Part shown: positions 49,689-62,210 of the stretch, piece after piece
Position numbering within the stretch: the first letter of the stretch is position 1
Layout of the letters: each line of letters opens with the position of its first letter
DNA from: Octopus bimaculoides
Taxonomy: Eukaryota
Assembly (NCBI RefSeq): GCF_001194135.2
Contig: NC_068994.1
Coordinates: 17,360,992 to 17,424,991, forward strand
DNA: 64,000 bases
Direction of reading: 5' to 3'
Notes under the pieces: generated by a model
Databases searched by the model: none
Told to the model about the DNA's origin: nothing
The model's input: the letters and a program-made list of their open reading frames with translations, nothing else
Program-made: the position numbers and the translations under genes

Positions 49689-50065
49689 CAATTGTTCTTA
49701 ATATGACTGTTCTCCCTGGTCTTGCTGGACTGCCCTTTATCTTTATACACCACATGTCTAGATTCCATCAACTTGAGCTGCTTGACAACGAACCAACTGA
49801 AGCTATTGTTGATGTCCTGGACCTATTGTCAATCTCCTGGACAAACTCAGGATATATTTTCCTGCCAGAATGGATACATGCTTCAGGGACCTATAGTTTT
49901 TTTGTTTTTTTTTATTCTCCATTTCTACTAAACAGTGATACTTTTGAGAAAGTCTTGAGCTTATTAAAAATCTCATACCTAAAGTCTTGTCATCAGTCAC
50001 TGCTGTACCATCTAGAGTGCTATTATAAGATAGTCTATGATATAAACTTATCAAAGATTGACTAG
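49689..50065 (+). CDS. Candidate exon or ORF (IVLNMTVLPGLAGLPFIFIHH...EAIVDVLDLLSISWTNSGYIF...)
   Basis: Strong poly-T acceptor ttttttttttttaacttcatag|, 120-codon open frame; no good internal donor. Confidence 0.25.
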
Positions 50066-50459
50066 CTCAGCATAAATGTGAAATTGGTTTCAACTAGAAA
50101 GCTGATTAAACCAAGAGTATGCTGAACCACATATAAAAATGACTTGCTTTTTTCTGCACATTGTTACCAAGTATTATAATGGTTATTTCTTGATTGTGTA
50201 CCATACTTTATTTGATCTGTGCCAATGAAAGATTCCAATTAATCAATCAATCAACATTTATTGTCTAAGAAAATGTCAGCAGCCACCTCAGATCTCGATT
50301 CAATTAAATTTCTCTAAAGAGTGATTTGTCAAATTGTTTGCATTTGATATCTTGTATGCACAAGTTTTTTATGTTTTTTCCTTCCTAGTGGATTATACTT
50401 TGAATGATCCATGCTTAAAGAAGCAAAATTCTTTTAGAAACAGGGATTCCAGTAAGCAG

Positions 50460-50890
50460 ATTATCATCATCATTTAATGTCCGTTTTCCATGCTAGCATG
50501 GGTTAGATAGCTTGACGGAAAATGGCCAGCTGAAGAGCTGCCTAGGCTCCATGTCTGTTTTGGTATGGTTTCTATGGGCTGGATGCCCTTCCTAATACCA
50601 ACCACCTTACAGAGTGTACTGGGTGTTTTTACATGGCACCAATGCTTTCACATGGCACCAGCATGGGTAACACTGGCACAGGTACTTTTTACGTGACTCC
50701 AGCACCCACAATCCTGCAAAGGTTAAGATCACTCAGTTGAAGAAGGATATAGAGGACATGTCTGTATGCAAAGATAGCCACAATTTTACTTAGCTTAACA
50801 TGTCTTCTCAAGCATAGCAAACCACAAGAAGTCTCAGTCCCTAGTCATCCCCTCTGTGAGGCCTAATGTCTGAAGATCCTTTCTTACCAC
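50460..50890 (-). mobile_element. Family C retroposon
   Basis: Colinear with the 7141-7535 copy. Confidence 0.75.
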
Positions 50891-50904
50891 TTCACCTGAG
50901 TATA

Positions 50905-51370
50905 CGAGGGGGCCAACCAAAAGAAACCAGAATTTTGCAATATTATTTTATTCACTTAGTTTTATATGTTTGTACTTTTATCATCTTCAAAGTATTCTCC
51001 ATTTGAAGCAATGGATCGGCCCAAACGTGTTTCCCATTGTTCGAAGCAGTGCTGGAACTCTTGCAAAATGATGCCTTTTAACACTTTCGCATCTGCAAAT
51101 TCCATAGCACCAGCTTTCATCACCAGTGATGACCTTTACTCTTTTACTCTTTTACTTGTTTCAGTCATTTGACTGCGGCCATGCTGGAGCACCGCCTTTA
51201 GTCAAGCAAATCGACCCCAGGACTTATTCTTTGGAAGCCTGGTACTTATTCTATCAGTCTCTTTTGCCGAACCGCTAGGTTACGGGGACATAAACACACC
51301 ACCATCGGTTGTCAAGCTATGTTGGGGGGGACAAACACAGACATACAAACATATACACACACATACATAT

Positions 51371-51406
<36 letters not shown>

Positions 51407-52515
51407 GTTTAACGTCCGCTTTCCATGCTAGCATGGGTTGGACGATTTGACTGAGGACTGGTGAAACCGGATGGCAACACCANNNNNNNNNNNNNNNNNN
51501 NNNNNNNNNNNNNNNNNNNNNNNNNNNNNNNNNNNNNNNNNNNNNNNNNNNNNNNNNNNNNNNNNNNNNNNNNNNNNNNNNNNNNNNNNNNNNNNNNNNN
51601 NNNNNNNNNNNNNNNNNNNNNNNNNNNNNNNNNNNNNNNNNNNNNNNNNNNNNNNNNNNNNNNNNNNNNNNNNNNNNNNNNNNNNNNNNNNNNNNNNNNN
51701 NNNNNNNNNNNNNNNNNNNNNNNNNNNNNNNNNNCTACCAAATCCACTCACAAGGCTTTGGTCGGCCCGAGGCTATAGTAGAAGACACTTGCCCAAGGTG
51801 CCACGCAGTGGGAATGAACCCGGAACCATGTGGTTGGTAAGCAAGCTACTTACCACACAGCCACTCCTGCGCCTTTGAAAGAAAAGATCCAAATCAATTT
51901 CCAACTGTTGTCTTAGTTCACGACACACATTCAGTTGTGACAGCTTTTGATCTTCCTTGAGCAAGTGAGACACAAATTTTGCTGCAACTCTTTTCATTCA
52001 CAATTCTTTGCCCAAAATTTATTGGCTGGAGCTCCAGGACACACCAGTCATATCAACAAGTTTGTCAACTGTTCAGTGATGGTCCTCCAATATCAGTTCA
52101 TGAATTTTCATAAGGTTTTCATTTGTTCAGGAGGTTGATGGATGCCCTGAACAAAGTTGGTCTTCAATCGACAAGCGACCTTTCCTAAAGCATGAAAACC
52201 ACTCGTAAACTCATGTTTTGTTCATGGCACAGTGTCTTGTAAGTTGTTTGAAGCATGACAATTGTTTCAGCCACTGTTTTCCCCAGCAGAAAACAGAATT
52301 TCATGTAAGCATGTTGTTCCTTTGTTTCAGCCATTACAAAAATTGACGAACAGGGGAGAGGCACTGCAAAACAAAGATGCACCGTGTGGCAGTACAACTT
52401 CACTCAACAATGCCAGTCGGCATAATGATGCCTGAGGGTCACATCAAGTGACTTCTAGCGGTGGAAGCCTGAACTACAATGGAGAACATTTCCAGTTACT
52501 TTGGGTACCTCCTTG
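50905..52515 (-). mobile_element. Internally deleted mariner element with TA TSD, interrupted by a SINE
   Basis: MAETKEQHAYMKFCFLLGKTVAETIVML and MKRVAAKFVSHLL mariner motifs; imperfect TIRs TAcgagggggccaaccaaaag / TAcaaggaggtacccaaag. Confidence 0.85.
51137..51872 (-). mobile_element. Young family A SINE (spans a gap, family C tail nested in its microsatellite), inserted in a mariner element
   Basis: Tail at 51137-51350, core and head at 51735-51872, CpGs intact. Confidence 0.85.
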
Positions 52516-52889
52516 TATAGAGTATATATAATATGTACACAAGGATGCATGCACTACTGAATCTCTGTAAACTGATACATATTTCATACCCATTCTCCAT
52601 ACTAATTTTCTCTGATGTTACTCATTGACACATTTATTCATCAAATGAATTACGTACAATACTTTAATGTAAAAAGACTAGCATGGCTGTGTGGTTAGGA
52701 AGTTTGGGCTTTGGTCCTCCTGCATGGTACCTTGGTTAAGTGTTTTCTACTGTAGACCTTGACCAACTGATGCCTTATGAGTAAATTTGAGAAATGAAAA
52801 CTGCAGGAAGTCTGTGAATGTTAATATTACATGCTTGTCACCACTTGAGAGAAATAGTGATGATGTTGACATTTGTTGTTGATCAGAGA

Positions 52890-53300
52890 GGTTGGCTCTT
52901 TTTGGTGAATAGTATGCATGGTAACATCCTTCTAAAGGTTCGAATGGATCTTTGTAGAGAGAAAAAGCTTGTAGACTTTGGCCAGGATAAGTGCCAGCTC
53001 TGGGTTGCTTTATTTATGATATGAACACCATCATGACTAGTTCCTTTGCTGGATTAGCACGATCAGAGATATTTTTTGTATTTTGTGACCATAAGTACAT
53101 TGTATGAGATTGACAGAGTGGAAAAAGAGGACTTGGAAGGATGTTTGATTAACTGCAGTGTGACCATGTGAGCAGCACTTCTGGTAACTTTCTGTGTGAA
53201 AGCAGCTTACAGAATCCTTTAAGCTGTGGATTGACCTGTTGGAGGATTTTGAAAAGTTGGTAGAGACCGTATTAACAAGGAACTGGATTCAATAGCTACA
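52890..53300 (-). mobile_element. L2/CR1 reverse-transcriptase N-terminal remnant
   Basis: KGTSHDGV / ELALILAKVYKLFLSTKIHSNL*KDVTMHTIHQK. Confidence 0.7.
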
Positions 53301-55366
53301 GCTTGGAAGGTGGAAAGTTGAGAAATATATTTGCATGTATTGCTTTGTGGTTTCCATTCTACTGTTTCATAATTTTGACCTTTGTTGGAGAAAGTTATCT
53401 CCATTAGATTAGCGTCTAGTTCAGAGAAAGATTTCTTTCTCATTTGCTTTAATGTTAATGAAAACAAACTAAACACAAGTTTTTATAGAGATCTGATTGG
53501 TATGAAAGAAGTAAATTTAGCTTTGCTTTTGGTCTACATGGAGTGATGTATAAAGTAGCTGTTTTGTGGTTAAATATTTAAGGATAAAAATTCAGCTTTA
53601 ATATCAGTGGTTGAATATTTGACTCAGCTACCTGAGTTTGCTAAGTTATCCAGTCTATATTGAAAAAAATCTTTTTTTAGTAAAACTTATGTTGATGACA
53701 AATAAGTAAATGAATGAATGATCTAATCCACTAATGCTTAAAGCCACCTTAAATAACTTCTGATTAAGAAATTTATGTTATATCTTTTCTGATACTCTTT
53801 TTTTAAATAAAGAACAGGTGCTGAAAATTAACTTTAAGTCCAAATTTAAATGCTATATTAGTTAGAGAAAAATATCTAACTGCTCAGCAAAACTTATGCT
53901 GCTCTATATTATTATGCACTTCTCAGTCAACCTTGCTAAACCTCTATTACCGGACATCAAAACTAACTGTGTTAGACTAAAAGCTTATTTATTTATTTGT
54001 TTTTTCATAAATACATTCATAAATCTAAACATAATAACTTTATCTCAAATCCTGTTTCTATACCAAAACTTTCTTTAAATACTTATGTAAGGAAATTGGC
54101 TATAATGTGCTAAAAATAGTTTTGTCCCTCTTTGTTTAATATATGTTCCTGATGCTCTTTTATCGTATTTTTATAGTTTATTTTCATATCCTTTTAACTT
54201 GTAACCTTTGAACAAAAACAGTCTGTTTTAAAATTTTGTTTTGTCTTGTGCTTGTTTGTAACTACTTTAATAAATAATATAAAAGATCTACAGCAGCATA
54301 ACTACAGCCTTTAAACCCAAACTTACAGGTTATAGTGCTAAAAATAGATGATTCTCATTGGCTATATATGTGATATGTTAGTCTAATTACAAAGAGAGGA
54401 GTTGGAATAAGTGGTACTGTGAATTGAGGAGTTTGAATACACACTGATTCTATAACATTGATCCCTTCAAAGTAATGTAGAAGACCTAGAAAAATCTAAG
54501 TTTTTTGCCTTTCTTGTTAAGACAAATAACAATGAAAGAGACCTGTCACAGAGAACAAGATTGTCTCCATTACAACTGACTTTGGCCATCCAAAACAATT
54601 ACTCGAACTGTGTTCAGCCTTCAAAAAGAAAATTAAGAACATGTTATAACACTCTTCTTCTATAAACAAGATGGGGGAATTTTTACATAAGTTCTCAATC
54701 TGTTCAATATATCAACTAAATCTCCCTCAGTAAATGCTCTGCTATCTCTAAATTTTAGACTAGTTCATATTAAAGATAAAACGGTAATATCTACAAGACT
54801 AATCATACAAAGAATTTCATCATAAACTGACACACCCACTATGACTTGAAATCTGAATATTCAGGAAGCTTAATCTATAAGGTTGATATTAAACATTTTA
54901 TTATTAGCCTCAGTAATGTTATCTCTATTCAACAAAACTGATGTAAAGATATATTTTCAGAATTTCTTCTAACGACAATGCTTGTGATAAGGTAATAATA
55001 CTATGGGCAAGACATTAAACTGCATCTGATAATGAGGCTCCAGCTCGGAAGTTCACCATTAGTATCCACTACTCCCAGGTCTGCTCTGGCCCAGGGTGGT
55101 AATATCTATCGAGGTTGTGGGTTTAATTGTAGATGATCCTGTGGCTAAGGCATATAGGACTTGGAGGAGAGTTAGTCCACATGTGTCACTTAGGTCCACC
55201 AAGTTGTGGATGTGTCCTGGTGTCATGTGAACAATCTCTCTACCTAAGAACCAAATAGCCCTTGAGCTTCAAGAGCAAACTTGAGAAAGCAGGAGATTAG
55301 CTGGGTAAATTGTAAATAAACTGGCAAAAAGCAACAGAAAACCACTGCTGTATCTTTCCCCTAAAA

Positions 55367-55688
55367 CAGTGGTTCTTAAATGGGATCTATTTAAGACTTT
55401 TGGAGGGCCATGCAAGCAAGATAGTAAACTGGAGGTGCAAAGTAGGGTCCATGAAAAAATGTTACTTAGGATGTATTTATTAAAAAAAAAACACCTAGTT
55501 TTTTTTTCTCTAATGTTTTACATAGTTCAGCCTACACAAGTTAATGTGTGAAAAACGGAATTGGAATTTTGAAAGAAAGGTCTATGAAATTAATTTTTGA
55601 TCTTCGAGTGGTGATGGGGGAGGGGTTCCACCAGAATAAAATAGTAATCAAAGGGGTCCATGGGCAAAAAATGGTTTGAGAACCACTG
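55367..55688. mobile_element. hAT-type MITE with 8-bp TSD
   Basis: TIR cagtggttct(t/c)aaa; TSD ccctaaaa at 55359-55366 and 55689-55696. Confidence 0.92.
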
Positions 55689-56395
55689 CCCTAAAATATT
55701 TGGATCTCATTGAAAGACATAGTGTATTGATGCCAAGTAATTCCTAAGAACAAAATAACATCATTCAATTCAGATAGGTGGGTGAGAAGGCTGGGTGTTG
55801 AGGGAAATAATGGGAGAAATCTACCTGAAACAAAATAGATGAAGTAATTCTTTGAAACAATGGATGAGGGATGAAGTCTGTGAGAATGTTGCTAAGTGGT
55901 GCTTAGAAGAGATTAATCATTATGTGTGGAATTTGAGTAGGTAAAGAAGAATTCTAACTGTAGTAGATTTATAGAAAAGGCCATTCACACCAATCAAAGC
56001 TGGAAGTGGTGGTTGTGATGGTGGTGGCAGTGGTTTGGTGAAAGCAGCAGCAGAGGTTGTTATGAGAAGACTAAAGTATGAGAGCAGCTGGTCCTTCAAG
56101 TGATATGGTGGGGAGAGCATTAAATGAACGGATCTAGATGAAGATGATCCTTCTTAATCTAGTTATGGATCATAGCAGTTGGGATTTTGAAGAATGTGTT
56201 TAATAGTCTTGGAGAATGGCATGTATGTCTCATCTGCCAGCTATTTATATATATAAAAGGTTTCTAAAGGTCACATAGACACACGCACACACACACACAC
56301 ACACACACATAAGCATACCTAGAGATAGAGCATGCATATGTCCGCACTTACACATGCACTGACACTTGTTTAAACAGAGAAACCTCTGTGTAGAT

Positions 56396-56442
<47 letters not shown>

Positions 56443-56452
56443 NNNNNNNNNN

Positions 56453-56503
<51 letters not shown>

Positions 56504-56945
56504 TGTATTCAGAGACACATGTATACTGACACACATGCACTCACACACATATTCAAATATACACATATACGCAAACATGTACTTAATTACATATATGTAG
56601 ATGCATACACAATCACTCACATAATCAAGAGATGCGCACACATACACATTAACACACGCAGACACACACAATATAGATTTGTTCGGAAGGTTTCTAATGA
56701 TAATGTCTTTGGATCTTTTTAATTCCAATAGACAGATACACAGACTTTCATTAATCTTTGGAAAGCAGATCTCAGAAATCAATAGAATATTATAGTTCTA
56801 ACTGAGCAAATAATCTGTTAGGAAATTTGCAGAACACTTATTCCATTTTACTAGAATATTAGATCTAAATGTAACTTCAGTGGTATTATCATCAGCAAAG
56901 CAATAGTTAATTCCTTTTTGCTATAGTTATTTTTTTGTTATTAAT

Positions 56946-57415
56946 AGGCACAGGTGTGGCTGTATGGTTTTAAGAAGCTTGCTTCCCAACTGTAGGGTCT
57001 TGGGTTATGTTCAATCCTACTGCATGGCACCTTGGGCAGATGTCTTCTACTATAGATTGCCCTGGGCCAATCAAAGCCTCGTGAGTAGATTTGGTTGACA
57101 GAAGCTGAATGAGGCCTATTGTGTGTGTGTATGTGTGTGTGTGTGTGTGTGAATATGTGTGTGTGTGTATCCTTGTTTAGACATCACGTGATGGTTGTAA
57201 ATGTGCATCATCATCATTATCATACAAGTAAGGTTGCTCGTTTCCAGTCTTCTGTGAAAAATGCATTTAGCTACAGAAAAATATTACCTTGTTTGGAAAC
57301 CAGTGAGGGTTGGTGACAGGAGGGGTGTCCAGCTGTACAAAATCTGCCTCAACAAATTCTGTTTTTACCCAATCATAGAAAAGTGGACTTGAAATGACAA
57401 CAATGACAATAACAA
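56946..57415 (+). mobile_element. CORE-head SINE with alternative tail
   Basis: Head, core, (TG)n, tail ending aaagtggacttgaaatgacaacaatgac. Confidence 0.75.
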
Positions 57416-59450
57416 CATAGCTGTTTTGTGTAAAAGGCAACAATAAATGGTTATGTTATTATGGTAAGGTTTCCTAGGTTACAGTGAGTTCTAGTCCTAC
57501 TGCATGCATAGCCTCAGGTGGTGGTTTTTGTTGTTTAGCTTCAAGTCAGCCCTGATGATAAAAGGCATTCCAGTTGTGACCATTCCATCTTTTTCTAGGC
57601 CCTGTGCATACAAGCCATTGCCATTCACTGTGTCCTTTCTGTTTTAACCTTTTGTCTGTCTCGTATACCACATATGACACATAGGACATATTTCCCGAAC
57701 ATCCATGGATCATCTATGGTACACATCCCCAATTCTTTTCAACCACCAGAGCAACTTGGGACTTATTAAAGGAAAGCTTTATATTACTCAGAATATATGA
57801 AACAAAGGCTAACTAAAAGTCTGAAAAGAAGCATAAATGTTTAGGATAGACTTATGAAAATGTTTCAGCCAGGTAAAGGGTTAGGGCAGTAGGGTCTGTG
57901 TTATTTGAAAGAGATTTCTGACAGGTTCAGTGACTATATAGAGGCTCCCTTATTCATACCTTTGGGTAAGTCACCTTGTTGAAAAACAGCTAACTATGAG
58001 ACAAGGAAGTGTCGATCTGCTAGAAATGGCAGCTAAATCCTTTAAATCATATTTACGATCTTGAAATGTCAGATTGGATAGTATAGGTGAAGGCACATTT
58101 TTCATTATTATTATGGCCATAATTTGGATGTCTTTGATCATTGGGTCTGCTTGATTAAAGCTGCCTTCGGTGCAAATGACAAGAAATAGCTTAACAACCA
58201 ATACTAACTCATGACAAAGTATTTAACAGTAAATGACAAAGTCATTAACAATAAAACGGTGATTTGTTTGAAATATAATTTTTCATAAATCTATAACTAA
58301 ATTCACAATCATATGAAATAGTTATTGCTTAAAAGAAGAATCTAAAAAAAAAAAAATTTTTTTTTAAGTATAAAAAAGTATGCAATTAATATATAACATT
58401 TTTCAACATCACATTTCTCTTTAAAATTCACATTCCTCTACATAAATTTCAAATATATAATGTAGAAAAACAAATATAAATTGTTTTAATTGCTTATGTG
58501 TGTATTCCTGTGTGTGTGTGGGCATGTTTGTTTAAGCATGTATGTGTGCAAGTTTAGCAGAAAACAGTAAAAGATCTTTGAACTGTAATTTATGTATTTG
58601 TGCATTTTTAATTAATATGAATTTATATAAAATTTCTCAGTTGTTAATGTGTCTGTGAAGCGAAAAACATCATTAAAATATTTTTCAGTACTTCAGTGAT
58701 ATTTTCCAATAGTTAAAAACTGTCATACCACTTACCTAAAACATTAAAAAAAAAAAAATACCTATTCATTGAATATTAAAAATTCTTGTAATATTTACTT
58801 TTCCTTCATTCCATGTGATAATATAAATCGCACGCACGCACACACAAATAAATAGATAAGTAGAGATATTTAAATTCCTGTAGTAACTTCTGCAGTTCAT
58901 ATTTCCCTTCCTTGCATGTTTTTTTTTTCTTTTTTCTTATTTTCTTCTTTTTTTGTTGCATTCTTCAATACACAGTTGGTGATTTTTTTTGTGGCCTTTT
59001 CTTCAGACACACAGGCACACACTTATAGAACATTATTACTAAGTAACTATGTCTGATTGAAAGAAAACCTTGAACTAAAGCATGGTTGTGCTTGGTTATA
59101 TTAACTTAAGTAACCTAATGTAATTTCGTTTCACCAGGTAATTAAGAATCTTCTGTAATTGTTCTTATGATATATTTAGCCTAAACTCAGTTCACTGTTT
59201 GTTTCTTCCACGTTGTTATTGTTAGTGGTGGTGGTCAGTTCTTAGCAGTTAGTGCCAGCAGCGACGACAAGAGGTTTCTTTTCATAAAACCTCTCATGGT
59301 GGCAGATAGGTATCCTCTGATAAAACATTAGTGCAGCCCTTCTTGGCAATGCCATGCCACTCACTGCTCTGCTCATTGTTCTGTGCAGCATAAGCATTGA
59401 AATTACACCATCAAGAATAGCAGCGTGTTTAAAGCAGAGTGAAGAACGGA

Positions 59451-59542
59451 ATGAGCAGCAGTGAGTCTGAAATCAAAAGGGCTGTGTGTAGAAGCCTAGC
59501 TTCAGGTCTGCTAAAATTGCCTACCACTGCTTGTGCCGTAAG
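59451..59542 (+). CDS. Candidate first coding exon D (MSSSESEIKRAVCRSLASGLLKLPTTACAV), unidentified
   Basis: Consensus donor AAG|GTGAGT, phase 2; first ATG after in-frame stops; non-repeat, GC-elevated DNA. Confidence 0.55.
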
Positions 59543-59809
59543 GTGAGTGAGTATTATTGTTGTTGTTGTTGTTGTTGTTGTGACTGTTATTACTCGCTGT
59601 CTTCAGTACTAGATCCACTTTTAACTTTTTTTCAATTCATTCAGATATTTTCTTTTCACCACAGGCTTCCTTGCATTTATTTATTTACTATTTTGCACAC
59701 TTAGTTAATAGAACTATATCAGTCGTTCTACAATTTACCAAACTTACAAATGTATGAAAAGCATGTGATACTAAGTAATAAAACTACTACTACTACTATA
59801 AATAATAAT

Positions 59810-59969
59810 TATAATTTTGGCTTGAGGTCAGCAATTTTGAGGGGAGGGTGTCAACACAATTACATCGATCCCAGCACCTAAATGGTACTTTCTTTGAATG
59901 ACTTCGAAAGGATGAAAAGCAAAGCTGATCTCAGTGGGATTTGAAGTTAGAACATAAAGAGCTGGAGGA

Positions 59970-60000
<31 letters not shown>

Positions 60001-60290
60001 GTGGTTTTAAATTTTGCTGCATGGTCAGTAAGTTTTTTTTTTTATGCAAGGGGTTAAGTCGATTACATTGACTCTAATGATCAACTTAATAATAATAAGA
60101 AGAAGAAGAAGAATCCTTTCTGCTATAGGCACAAGAGCTGAAATTTTGGGGGAGGGGCCAGGTCGATTACATTGGCCCCAGTGCTCAAAGTAGTACTTGT
60201 TTCATCAACTCCGAAAGGATGAAAGGCAAAGTTAGCTTCAGTGGCATTTGAACTCAGAACATAAAGCCGGAAAAAATGCCGCTAGGCTGA
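59810..60290 (-). mobile_element. Cluster of 2-3 partial family B SINEs
   Basis: Repeated aaggatgaaa(a/g)gcaaag motif with (AAT)n spacers. Confidence 0.7.
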
Positions 60291-60581
60291 CCAGCAATAA
60301 TAATAATATCAATAATGATTACTATATTTGCTGCTTGAGAAGAAAAAGGTTACAGATACAAAAATAATCATATAAAATAGTGTAGTAGTTTACAATAATT
60401 GTGTGTGTGTGTGTGTGTGTGTGTGCATGAAGTAAATATATTTGTTTATACTGAAAGATAAAGTAAACAGTGAGGATAGTTATAATAGAACAAGGCCGCA
60501 GAAATAAGAGAAGGCAAAAATATTCATAATTTATAAAAAAAAAACTTTGCTATTAGGTAGGTAGTGCAAAGACTTATAGAA

Positions 60582-60614
<33 letters not shown>

Positions 60615-62009
60615 CTCTCTCTCTTTCTCTCTCTCTCTCATGCGCTCGCATGCAGATGCATAAAGACAGGCAATTTAGAGAAACAAAACTACTACTCTCA
60701 GTCTACTAGAATAATGGAACTTGATAAAAATCAAATTGAGATCCTGGCAAACATTAACACTTGTACATTACTGCTGAAGATAACAACAATAATAAAATTG
60801 ATGATGATGATGATGACGACAATGATAAAAAATAATTTAAGAGGGGGCAAAGTTTGGATATTTTCTTATAAAACAACCTCTTCAGAAATTATTTGTTTTG
60901 GTTTTATAGAATATGATTTATCAAAAATTTGGTATTCTGATGCATTACTATAGACCCCATTAGAAATATTTTATTATATACTTATACCTGATTTAATAGA
61001 TATGTATATAAGCTTTTTCATTTTTAAGAGCTGGTAAATTCCTTTGAGAATTTGATTTAAATTATATAGAATCATTAATCGTTACATTTTCTTGTTAGTC
61101 TAGTAGTTAGTCTCATACAGTAATAGTGATTCTTCCTTTATTGGTTTCAGTTGTTTCATGGTGACCATGCTGGGGACACATGAAGGGTTTTAGTCAATTG
61201 CATCAACTCCTAGTACATATTTCAATTTGGGGCTAGTTTTATCGATCTCTGTTTGTTGGGCTGCTGAATTACAGGGCACAAAGATATATAAAATAAACAA
61301 CATTGATTTTTTAGACCGGTGTAAACATAGATACACACGCACGCATATATGTCAGACTTCTGCAATTTCTGTGTACCAAATTTCAGTTGCAAGGCAGCAG
61401 TCAACCCAAGACTGTTGTAAAAGACATTTGTCTTAGGTACCATATAGTAGGAGGAAACCTAGATCCACATGGTTGTGAGGCGAACTTAAGCACACAGCTA
61501 TGTCTGCATCTCTCTCTCTGTTTTTACATTAAGGCATCTCATGTTTAAGGTTGTTTTAAATAATTCCTTATGGTTTATTGATTAGCTACAACTAGGCATG
61601 AAGCCAACATTTTTGTTGGTGGTGGGGGGTTATAAGTTAATGAGGATTGAAGTATGTAAAGTACATGTGGCCCAAATGGAATCTGATCAGTGAAACTCTG
61701 AATTTGACATATTAAATCCCCAGTGAAAACACTTTGCTCTCTCTGTGCCAGCTTCACCTCCCTCATTTATTATAATCATTTTGGGGTTTTTTTCTCATTC
61801 TTTCCTTATTTAGAAACAAAGTTAAAAGTTAGAAGAATGTGGCTAAAATGTTCATGCTTTTCTATGGGGAATTAAATATTGTAATTTAAGTGAACTAATT
61901 TCAGCTAAAAATTAAAACTGACTTGCTAACTTAAGATTGACCAGTGTTCATTCCTTTCTTTAGGTTTTTCCATCCTATAATTATTATTATAATAGAAAGT
62001 AAGATGGCA

Positions 62010-62210
62010 AGTTGGCAAGTTGGCAGAATTGTTAGCACACCAAACAAAATGCTTAGCAGCGTTTCACCCATCTTTATGTTCTGAGTTTAAAATTCCACCA
62101 AGATTGAATTTGCCTTCCACCCTTTTGGAGTTGAAAAAAAATACCAGTTGAGTACTGGGGCTGATGTAATCAACTAGTCTTTCCCACCAAAATTTCAGGC
62201 CTTGTGTTTA
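62010..62210 (+). mobile_element. Family B SINE, decayed
   Basis: gttggcagaattgttagcac...ttgccttccacccttttggagttga...taccag. Confidence 0.7.
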
